In this document: positions 1-7,877 of the stretch, piece after piece
Numbering within the stretch: the first letter of the stretch is position 1
How the letters are laid out: each line of letters starts with the position of its first letter
Assembly: GCA_023426855.1 (NCBI GenBank)
Contig: JAEZBU010000098.1
Coordinates: forward strand, 1-50,003
DNA from: Pseudomonadota bacterium
GTDB taxonomy: Bacteria; Pseudomonadota; Alphaproteobacteria; Rhizobiales; Hyphomicrobiaceae
Length of the DNA: 50,003 nucleotides
Direction of reading: 5' to 3'
Notes under the pieces: generated by a model
What the model saw: the letters and a program-made list of their open reading frames with translations, nothing else
Told to the model about the DNA's origin: nothing
Databases searched by the model: none
Program-made: the position numbers and the translations under genes

Positions 1-776
1 GCGATGGCGTCCGGGAGATCGTGCGTCTGTATGTACCCCTGGAGCGTGGTGCCAACATCCTCCACATTCAGGCTGCGACTGCGCAGGACGGTCAGTTCAG
101 TATCGGCGTTACGGCAAGCCCATTCGACGCCGAGCCTTCGCTCTTCGATCGAGCACCAGTGCACTGCCGGGAGCAATAGGAGAATGCGACGGCAGCCGCG
201 TTCGATCAGATGCTCCCCGATCAATTGGCCGCCGCGCTTGTCATCGACCCGGATGCCGCAAACATCCAGGTCCGTGGGAACGGCATGCTCGTGAAGGAGC
301 ACGCACGGCACACCGAGATCTGCCAGCTCATCGAGGATGACGCGCCGCTGCATCTTCGTTCCGGACTGCGCGATACAAAGGCCGTCAGCACCGATCGCCC
401 TCGATTTCAGAGATGCGAGGAGTGCTGCGTGCGCGACGCCCTGGAAGGTTATGGAAATGCCGTGCTCGTTGAGAACGCTCGTCATTCCGGCAAATATATA
501 TGTGTGGCAAGGGGTCGCCAGAAAGTCAGGATTGTTGCCGTCGACGACCACGACGCTGATTGAAAGTCGGCCGGAAGGTTGAGCGCTTTTCGCTGGCGCG
601 TTGGGGACATAGTTCAACGTGCGGATTGCCTCTTCGACGCGTCGGCGGGTTTCATCCCGCATCTGATCGAACCGCCCATTGATGACGTTGGAGACTGTCA
701 TCATGGAGACGCCACATCGTGCTGCGACCTCGCGCAGCGTAACGTCCGTATTCTTAGAGCGCCGCGACATGCTCAT
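1..776 (-). CDS. LacI-family transcriptional regulator, 3' end beyond window edge (absent from ORF track)
   Basis: Manual minus-strand translation from ATG 776 (or 770): MSMSRRSKNTDVTLREVAARCGVSMMTVSNVINGRFDQMRDETRRRVEEAIRTLNYVPN, a typical LacI HTH and hinge, followed by a ligand-binding-type domain. Confidence 0.9.
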   Translation of the reverse strand, partial: MSMSRRSKNTDVTLREVAARCGVSMMTVSNVINGRFDQMRDETRRRVEEAIRTLNYVPNAPAKSAQPSGRLSISVVVVDGNNPDFLATPCHTYIFAGMTSVLNEHGISITFQGVAHAALLASLKSRAIGADGLCIAQSGTKMQRRVILDELADLGVPCVLLHEHAVPTDLDVCGIRVDDKRGGQLIGEHLIERGCRRILLLLPAVHWCSIEERRLGVEWACRNADTELTVLRSRSLNVEDVGTTLQGYIQTHDLPDAI

Positions 777-1261
777 CCCATCATCGGCTACGTCGCCCCG
801 TGCCTGCATGCCGATGGGCGGCAAGCTGGAGGTTGCTGACGACACTGTCGTGACTCGCGCGGGATTATGACCATTTGGTGTCAAGACGCATGTGACGCCC
901 ACATTTATTCAGAGTGCACCGCATTGTCATAAGACGGTTTGAGTGCGCCAGTGGCGCCATTCCGTATGGGCAGCCTTGGCGGGAGATAACTGTGGGTACG
1001 GAGTCGCTACCACGAAAGGGTAGGCCAGGCGCAGCGGGGGAGGTGCACGGGTTGTCACAATTGAGTTCCTACCTCGTTCGACCATTGCATTGACGCATAG
1101 GTGTAACGGATGGGCGCCGTTAACCCTAAAGATCCGTTTTCTTGGAACCCCCGCATCTAATCCTGCGGCACGCTGTTGTGTCCCTGCCGAATGCGCGCTG
1201 CTGCGCGCGCGATCGGATTGCAAATCGTCGTGCGGCCCGGGAGAGCGAGCGGAGGAGAGCA

Positions 1262-3928
1262 ATGGCGTTAATTCGGAATGTGCTTCCCCATCAGTGGGAC
1301 TACAAAATTCCATTCTATAACTATGCGCCCGAAAAGCCTTTGATGCCGGAAAAGCCACTGCCAAGCAAGCCAGTGGTCAAGGAGTCGGTCATCAAGGAGC
1401 CGGTCGCCAAAGATAAGTATGCAAAAGATCAATACGAGCCGCCAAAGTACGAGCCTCCAAAGTACGAGGCTCCAAAGTACGAGGCTCCGAAATATCAGCC
1501 ACCGAAGCATGAGGCCCCGAAGTACGAGCCGCCAAAATACGAGCCCCCGAAGTACGAGGCTCCGAAATATCAGCCATCGAAGCAAGAGGCCCCGAAGTAC
1601 GAGCCGCCGAAGTACGAGCCTCCGAAGTACGAACCACCAAAATATCAGCCCCCCAAGAATGAGCCACCGAAATACGAGCCGCCAAAGTATGAGCCTCCGA
1701 AGAATGAGCCTCCGAAGAATGAGCCTCCGAAATATCAGCCACCGAAGAACGACAAGGATAAGTATCCCCCCGATAAATACGCAAAAGACAAATACTACGA
1801 CCTGAAGTATCTCGAAGCGCGTACGGCCGACGGCAGTAACAACGACGGAGACAACAATCCCAACAACGACCGCGGCACGCATGATGCTCCGTTCGTTCGG
1901 GTAACGCCCAACAGTTACGTCGACGGCATCGGCCAGATGCCCGCCCAGTCCCCTGGTACCGGCGCCGCTACGCCGACGACCCTGCCGGCACCGCGCGCGG
2001 TCAGCGATGCGGTGATGGCGCAGGAAGCGGATGACATTCCGAATGCGGCCGGCCTCAACGAATTCTTCCAGTTCTTCGGCCAGGCGCTGACGCACGACGT
2101 TGCCGAGGCGGCGACAAGCGCGTCGGGTGATCCGCCACTGTTTCCCGCGGGTTTGCCGTTTCCGTTCGGTCGTACGCCCTTTGAGAACGGCACATCGGCG
2201 ACAGGTCCACGCCAGCAGATCAACGAGGAAACCAGCTTCCTCGACCTCAGTATGGTCTATGGCAATACTCAGACGATGCAAGATCTCGTGCGCGCCAGCA
2301 TATTGGATGCGCAGGGCCATGTTATCGGAGAGTCAGCCAAGCTGTTGATGGGCGCCAACGGGCTCTTGCCGACAATTAAGGAGGTTGGCGAAAACTCCAA
2401 CTTATCGTCATTCGCGGTTTTGGGCATTTTCCGACCCGATGGCTTTGGCGGACTTCCGGATCCGAATGATCCAGACGTCGAGGCATCAGACTTCGAAAAC
2501 GACTACTTCGCCGGCGACAATCGCGTAAATCAAACACCGCTGTTGGTTTCACAACAGACGATCTGGGCGAAAAATCACAATTACTGGGTCGATGAGCTGG
2601 CAAAGAAACATCCAGGCTGGTCTCAGGATCAACTATTCGAGGCGGCTCGCGCGCTGAATGAAGCCAATTGGCAGAAGGTCATCTATGATGAATACCTGCC
2701 GAAGCTGCTCGGCGAAAATGCACTTTCCGAATACCAGGGCTATAAATCCAACGTCGATCCGTCGATCATCAACGAATGGACGACGGTTGCCTTCCGGTTT
2801 GGTCATGATCAGTCGAGCCAGAACCAGCGACCACTGACGGAAAGTGGTGGGCTTGCCTCGTTCACGCAGTTCACCTTTGCGCTGTTTACGCTATCGGAAG
2901 CTTTCGCCGCTGGCGCCGACGGCATCAGGACGGAGGGGGAACTCAACGCCTGGATCCGTGGTCAGCTCGCTGCGCACACGCAGGAGATCGACGGTCTCGT
3001 AGTCGATGGCAACCGAAATGCACTGTTCGGTCTCGGCCAAACCGTCGATCTCGAGGTGTTCGATATCCAGCGTGCGCGTGATCACGGCGTATGGAACTAC
3101 AATCAGCTACGAGAGGGACTGGACCTGGCAAGCTACGCCAGTTTCGATGAGTTCGCTGCCGCCAACGGCGTCGATGCTACTCGGCTGCAGGCCCTCAAGG
3201 ATGTCTATGGGGACGACATCAACAAGATGGACTCGATTGTTGGTGGATTGCTCGAGGCAAAGCACCTCGATAGCCAGCTCGGCGAGACGTTCACGAAGCT
3301 GAACGTCATGCAATTCGAAGCGCTGCGTGATGGAGACCGCTTCTTTTACGAGGAACGCCTGAAGGATTCGCCCGAACTGCTGAAGCAGATCGAATCGACG
3401 TCTCTGGCCGATATCATCGAGCGGAATACCGATATTGATTACATCTATCGCGATGCTTTTGCTGCGCATACCAGGCTGAGCGCCAGCGAGGGTAAGCTCG
3501 ACGGCACCGAAGGCAAGGATCTCGCGATCGGTTCGGATCGTGCCGATGTGATCCAGACTGGCGGCGGTGACGACGATATCTATGGCGGAAAAGGCAACGA
3601 CAAGATTTACGCGGGCGCCGGCAACGATCTGATCTACGGCGGCGAAGGCGATGACTGCATCTGGACCGGAACCGGATACGATCTGATTGTGTTCGAAAAG
3701 AATTCCGGCAAGGACGCGGTCATGGATTTCGATACGAAATACGACACGCTGGATATATCCGCCTACGGCATAGACTCGTGGAATGACATCAAGGGCGCGA
3801 TGAAAAACACGCCTTTCGGCGTGACGATCAACCTCGACAAATACAACACCGTCGAGCTGGTGGGCGTAAAGGCCCAGGCGCTCACTGCCGATAATTTCGT
3901 GTTCGACGATCATTACGCCTACGCCTGA
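1262..3928 (+). CDS. Secreted heme peroxidase (peroxidase-cyclooxygenase superfamily, peroxicin-like) with N-terminal Pro/Tyr/Lys pentapeptide repeats and C-terminal RTX Ca-binding repeats
   Basis: Motifs RTADGSNN, FGQALTHD (distal His), GDNRVNQ (distal Arg), AFRFGH (proximal His), IQRARDHG, LRDGDRFFYE; GGxGxD nonapeptides near the C-terminus; no signal peptide. ATG 1262 follows GGAGGAG. Confidence 0.93.
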   Translation: MALIRNVLPHQWDYKIPFYNYAPEKPLMPEKPLPSKPVVKESVIKEPVAKDKYAKDQYEPPKYEPPKYEAPKYEAPKYQPPKHEAPKYEPPKYEPPKYEAPKYQPSKQEAPKYEPPKYEPPKYEPPKYQPPKNEPPKYEPPKYEPPKNEPPKNEPPKYQPPKNDKDKYPPDKYAKDKYYDLKYLEARTADGSNNDGDNNPNNDRGTHDAPFVRVTPNSYVDGIGQMPAQSPGTGAATPTTLPAPRAVSDAVMAQEADDIPNAAGLNEFFQFFGQALTHDVAEAATSASGDPPLFPAGLPFPFGRTPFENGTSATGPRQQINEETSFLDLSMVYGNTQTMQDLVRASILDAQGHVIGESAKLLMGANGLLPTIKEVGENSNLSSFAVLGIFRPDGFGGLPDPNDPDVEASDFENDYFAGDNRVNQTPLLVSQQTIWAKNHNYWVDELAKKHPGWSQDQLFEAARALNEANWQKVIYDEYLPKLLGENALSEYQGYKSNVDPSIINEWTTVAFRFGHDQSSQNQRPLTESGGLASFTQFTFALFTLSEAFAAGADGIRTEGELNAWIRGQLAAHTQEIDGLVVDGNRNALFGLGQTVDLEVFDIQRARDHGVWNYNQLREGLDLASYASFDEFAAANGVDATRLQALKDVYGDDINKMDSIVGGLLEAKHLDSQLGETFTKLNVMQFEALRDGDRFFYEERLKDSPELLKQIESTSLADIIERNTDIDYIYRDAFAAHTRLSASEGKLDGTEGKDLAIGSDRADVIQTGGGDDDIYGGKGNDKIYAGAGNDLIYGGEGDDCIWTGTGYDLIVFEKNSGKDAVMDFDTKYDTLDISAYGIDSWNDIKGAMKNTPFGVTINLDKYNTVELVGVKAQALTADNFVFDDHYAYA
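1433..1747 (+). repeat. In-frame 15-bp tandem repeat, 21 units encoding (Y/H/Q/N)(E/Q)(P/A)(P/S)K
   Basis: Units such as TACGAGCCGCCAAAG and TACGAGCCTCCGAAG. I count 21 units (315 bp), 16 beginning with Tyr, with synonymous variation between units. Confidence 0.97.
3503..3691 (+). repeat. RTX (hemolysin-type Ca2+-binding) nonapeptide repeats, about 7 units
   Basis: GTEGKDLAI-GSDRADVIQ-TGGGDDDIY-GGKGNDKIY-AGAGNDLIY-GGEGDDCIW-TGTGYDLIV. Confidence 0.92.
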
Positions 3929-4041
3929 CATCGCGACCGTTATGTCGCGTGACAAACACGAAATGCCGGCGCGCAAATCGGTGCGCCGGCATTTCCGAAT
4001 TTCCTGCATCAGCGAAGCAGTCATCGGGGCGGATGTGTCGA

Positions 4042-5805
4042 ATGGGTGATCGAACAGGCGGCATGCGGCAGGCGCGCAACCGGCTTTCGGCTGTTCTGAG
4101 ATCCATGGCGGGAGCGTTTTTTGCTGTCGGCATTTTCAGCCTTTTCAGCAATCTCACGATGCTGGTCGCACCGCTCTACATGATGCAGATTTACGATCGC
4201 GTGCTGGCGTCCGGCAGCAAGGAAACGCTGATCGCGCTGACGATCCTGGCGATCGGCCTGCTGGCTATCAATTCTCTGGTAGAGATTGCGCGGTCGCGGC
4301 TGCTTGTGCGGATCGGCGCCAAGCTTGATGAAAAGCTCAGCGCCAATCTGTTCACCTGCGCATTTCAATCGCGATTGGCAGGCAACGAACGGTCATCGAG
4401 CGAACCACTGCGCGACCTGGAAGCCGTGCGCTCCTTCCTGACCGGCTCGGGTATCATCGCGATTTTTGATGCGCCGTGGACGCCGATCTATCTCGCGGTG
4501 GTTTTCATGTTGCATCCGGTGCTTGGCATTGTGGCCAGTATTGGAGCGCTCATCATCGTGGTGCTGGCGCTGACCAGCGAATTCACGGTGAAAAAGCCAC
4601 TTCTGGAAGCCGGCCGCGGCTCGCGCAATTCCACGGATTTCACCGATCTTTTGACCCGCAATGCCGAGGCCGTGCACGCCATGGGCATGCTCGGTTCGCT
4701 GACGCGCAAGTGGGCGCGGTTTCATCACTACGGCGTCGCATGGCAGGCAATCGCCAGCGATCGCATGGCGGTGCTGCAGTCCATTGCGAAGTTGGTGAGA
4801 ATGTCGTTGCAGATCGCGATGCTGGGGACGGGCGCATGGCTGGTTCTGGATCACGCCATTTCGGCGGGATCAATCATTGCCGCGTCGATTATAACTGCGC
4901 GCGCCCTGGCGCCCGTCGAAATGCTGATCGGTCAATGGCGGCCGCTGGTGAACGCGCGCCAAGCCAGCCATCGCCTGCGGCAAACGCTGGAAAATATCGA
5001 CGACTTCGACCCGAACCGCACCCGGCTGCCCCGCCCCGGCGGCCGCTTGCAGGTGAGCCAGGCGGGTTATCGTCTCCCCGGCGCCACCGTGCCGCTGTTG
5101 AGCAACGTGTCGTTCGATCTGGAGCCTGGACAGGCACTCGGCATCATAGGTCCGAGCGGGGCTGGAAAGTCCACACTGGTCCGCCTGCTGGTCGGGTTGA
5201 CCGACACCAGCTTTGGCACGGTTCGCCTCGATGGCGCGGAAATCACGAGCTGGCCGCGCGAGGATCTCGGCGCATTCATTGGGTATCTGCCGCAGGACGT
5301 TCAGCTCATGAGCGGTACGGTGGCGGCCAACATTTCCCGCTTCGGCGACCACGACTCTCAGCAGATCACGGACGCCGCACAACTGGCCGGCGTGCACGAG
5401 ATGGTCCTGGAGCTGCCGGACGGATACGAGACGCACGTCGGCGATGGCGGCCGGGCGTTATCGGGCGGCCAGCGGCAGCGGATCGCGTTGGCGCGCGCAG
5501 TGTATGGCGATGTGCGGTTGATTATTCTCGACGAGCCGAACGCCAATCTCGATCACGATGGTGAGATGGCGCTGAGGCGCACTCTGCAATGGCTGAAGCA
5601 CAACCAGCGCACGGTCATCGTGGTTTCGCATACGCCGGCCGTGCTGCATTCGGTCGATCATCTGCTGGTGCTGCGCAATGGCCGTGTCGATCGACTGGGG
5701 CCGCGTGATCAGGTGCTGGCCGATCTTGCGCGCAATGCGCCGCCGCGTCCGCTGCCCAACGTACCGCATCAAAGCCCGTCCGTGCAGGAGGCGGCTCATG
5801 GCTGA
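4042..5805 (+). CDS. Type I secretion system permease/ATPase (PrtD/AprD/PrsD-like)
   Basis: PLYMMQIYDRVL, FDAPW, Walker A GPSGAGKS, LSGGQRQR, ILDEPNANLD. Start uncertain (4042 or 4063). Confidence 0.93.
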   Translation: MGDRTGGMRQARNRLSAVLRSMAGAFFAVGIFSLFSNLTMLVAPLYMMQIYDRVLASGSKETLIALTILAIGLLAINSLVEIARSRLLVRIGAKLDEKLSANLFTCAFQSRLAGNERSSSEPLRDLEAVRSFLTGSGIIAIFDAPWTPIYLAVVFMLHPVLGIVASIGALIIVVLALTSEFTVKKPLLEAGRGSRNSTDFTDLLTRNAEAVHAMGMLGSLTRKWARFHHYGVAWQAIASDRMAVLQSIAKLVRMSLQIAMLGTGAWLVLDHAISAGSIIAASIITARALAPVEMLIGQWRPLVNARQASHRLRQTLENIDDFDPNRTRLPRPGGRLQVSQAGYRLPGATVPLLSNVSFDLEPGQALGIIGPSGAGKSTLVRLLVGLTDTSFGTVRLDGAEITSWPREDLGAFIGYLPQDVQLMSGTVAANISRFGDHDSQQITDAAQLAGVHEMVLELPDGYETHVGDGGRALSGGQRQRIALARAVYGDVRLIILDEPNANLDHDGEMALRRTLQWLKHNQRTVIVVSHTPAVLHSVDHLLVLRNGRVDRLGPRDQVLADLARNAPPRPLPNVPHQSPSVQEAAHG

Positions 5806-7147
5806 CGCGCCGCGCCCCGAAAGGCTCGATCTGACTGAGCACCTGCCGGACGTCGCGGTGCCGACGGGCTATCGCAAATGGACGCTGTTCGGGCTGTTCG
5901 CACTCATCGCCGCATTCGGCGGCATGGGCATGTGGGCGGCAACGGCATCGCTCGACAGCGCCGTGGTTGCTGTTGGCAAGGTCACCGTCGCCAGCAAACG
6001 CAAGGTCGTGCAGCACCTGGAAGGTGGCGTCATACAGCGGCTGACGGTTCGTGACGGCGACAGCGTGCAGGAAGGCGATGTGCTGATCGAATTCGATCCG
6101 ACTCGTGCAAAAACGCGCTTTGCGATCGTGCGGACGGGCTATCTGTCGGCGTTGGCGGGCGAGGCGCGGCTCATTGCGGAGCGTGACGGTAAAAGTGCGA
6201 TCGCATTTCCGGCCGAAGTCGTGAAAGAAGGCGCGCGCGATCCCGAGATCGCAGAGTTTGCGGCCGGACAGCAACGGATCTTCGACACGCGCAAACGGGA
6301 GTTCGACGGCCAGACCGATATTCTCAACAGTCGCATCGAACGGCTGAAGGAAGAGATCCGTGGCCAGACTGCGGAACGCGCCGCGGCACAGAAACAGCTC
6401 GAGATGGCGCGCGAGGAACTCGCCATCCTGGAGGAGCTCTATCGCAAGCAGCACACGACGCGAAATCGCATCCTCGCGGCGCGACGGGAGGTGTTCCAGC
6501 TCGACGGCTCGATCGGCCGGCTTGGTGCGAGCATTGCAGCGTCGGAGAAGGAAATAGGAGAGACCGGGCTCAGCATCGTGCAGACCCGCAACCGGATCAT
6601 GACTGAGATTGCTGCCGAGCTGAAAACAACGCAGACCAAGGTGCTGGAATTGCGCGAGCAGTATGTCGAAGGTCAGTCGGAAATCGAACGCGCGGTGTTG
6701 CGCGCGCCGGTGAGCGGAACGGTGTTTGGCACCCAGGTGCACACTGTTGGCGGTGTGGCGCGGCCCGGCGCGACGCTGCTCGAAATCGTGCCGGATAATG
6801 ACGATCTCGTGGTTGAAGTTCATCTGCGACCGCAGGACGTGGATCTGGTCGCCATCGGCCAGACGACCGAGGTCCGCTTCAGCACGCTCAAGCAGCGTGC
6901 GATGCCGACCGTCGAGGGACGCTTATCCTTCGTGTCCGCCGATACGGTATCGGATCCGCGCGAGCCGCAGCCGTATTATGTGGCCAACGTCGAAGTGAAG
7001 ATGGCGGAGCTTCACCGCCTGGGTGCGATACGGCTTCAGCCCGGTATGCCATGCGAGGTGCTGATCAAGACCGGTCAGAGAACGGCGCTGGCCTATCTGA
7101 CCCAGCCGCTGGCGGAAAGTCTCAATCGCGCCTGGCGTGAAAGGTGA
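5798..7147 (+). CDS. HlyD-family type I secretion membrane fusion protein (PrtE/AprE-like)
   Basis: Single TM segment, KVVQHLEGG, long coiled coil, RAPVSGTV, PGMPCEVLIKTGQRT. Overlaps the ATPase stop; GGAGG RBS. Confidence 0.93.
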   Translation: MADAPRPERLDLTEHLPDVAVPTGYRKWTLFGLFALIAAFGGMGMWAATASLDSAVVAVGKVTVASKRKVVQHLEGGVIQRLTVRDGDSVQEGDVLIEFDPTRAKTRFAIVRTGYLSALAGEARLIAERDGKSAIAFPAEVVKEGARDPEIAEFAAGQQRIFDTRKREFDGQTDILNSRIERLKEEIRGQTAERAAAQKQLEMAREELAILEELYRKQHTTRNRILAARREVFQLDGSIGRLGASIAASEKEIGETGLSIVQTRNRIMTEIAAELKTTQTKVLELREQYVEGQSEIERAVLRAPVSGTVFGTQVHTVGGVARPGATLLEIVPDNDDLVVEVHLRPQDVDLVAIGQTTEVRFSTLKQRAMPTVEGRLSFVSADTVSDPREPQPYYVANVEVKMAELHRLGAIRLQPGMPCEVLIKTGQRTALAYLTQPLAESLNRAWRER

Positions 7148-7407
7148 TGCGGCGCGGTCCGTCGAAGCATCAGCGAGCGCCGTGAAGACGTTTGTCAGTC
7201 AACGCTGCCAGCCTCCGCTAGCAGTCTCCGCTGACGGTGTTATGGGCAACATGAAAAACCCCGTCAGTGCGGCTTCGTGGACGTCATCGCGCAGATGTGA
7301 TGACCATCGCCACACCAGACGCGCTTAGATCGTGCACGCATCCCGTGTCGACGCAAACCTTCCTGCGCGTTCGATGTGCCAGCAATCGCAAGCCCTGGGT
7401 GATCTCG

Positions 7408-7866
7408 ATGGCCAAACTCAATATCAACGGAAAAGATCTCGACCTTGAGGTCGATGGTGCGACGCCCCTTTTGTGGGTGATTCGCGAACACGCCGACCTG
7501 ACCGGCACGAAATATGGCTGCGGCGTTGGCATGTGCGGCGCCTGTTCCGTGCATATCAACGGCGAAGTTCAGCGCTCCTGCATGATCTCGGTTTCGGACG
7601 TTCAGGCGACTGACAAGATTGTCACCATCGAGGGTCTGTCGGCCAATGGCGATCATCCGGTGCAGAAAGCGTGGCTCGAACTGGAAGTCGCGCAATGTGG
7701 CTACTGTCAGACCGGGCAGATCATGGCCGCAGCCGCTTTGCTCTCGAGTACGCCTAAGCCAACCGATGACGATATCGACACCGCGATGACCAATATCTGT
7801 CGATGCGGCACCTACCAGCGTATCCGTCAGGCCGTGCACGCGGCCGCCGGCAACAGCCAGGGTTGA
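7408..7866 (+). CDS. (2Fe-2S)-binding small subunit of xanthine oxidase-family molybdoenzyme (IorA/CoxS-like)
   Basis: TKYGCGVGMCGACSVH...RSC and QCGYCQTG...NICRCGTY, the two-[2Fe-2S] motifs. Confidence 0.95.
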   Translation: MAKLNINGKDLDLEVDGATPLLWVIREHADLTGTKYGCGVGMCGACSVHINGEVQRSCMISVSDVQATDKIVTIEGLSANGDHPVQKAWLELEVAQCGYCQTGQIMAAAALLSSTPKPTDDDIDTAMTNICRCGTYQRIRQAVHAAAGNSQG

Positions 7867-7877
7867 GGAGGGGCGCC

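Noticed and set aside
4..870. Several short plus-strand ORFs
   Set aside because: They overlap the clear minus-strand LacI gene.
1433..1747. Short direct-repeat array as a possible CRISPR
   Set aside because: 15-bp contiguous units without spacers, in frame within a CDS with synonymous variation; no cas genes.
1268..2320. Minus-strand 350-aa ORF with LVLRR repeats, and other alternate-frame ORFs over the repeat
   Set aside because: Antisense or frame shadows of the peroxidase repeat; no independent protein features.
7229..7269. CTGACGG...CCGTCAG inverted repeat upstream of the molybdoenzyme as a Moco riboswitch
   Set aside because: Only a 7-9 bp stem with a long loop; I cannot match it to the Moco RNA motif. 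An Rfam/Infernal search would decide.
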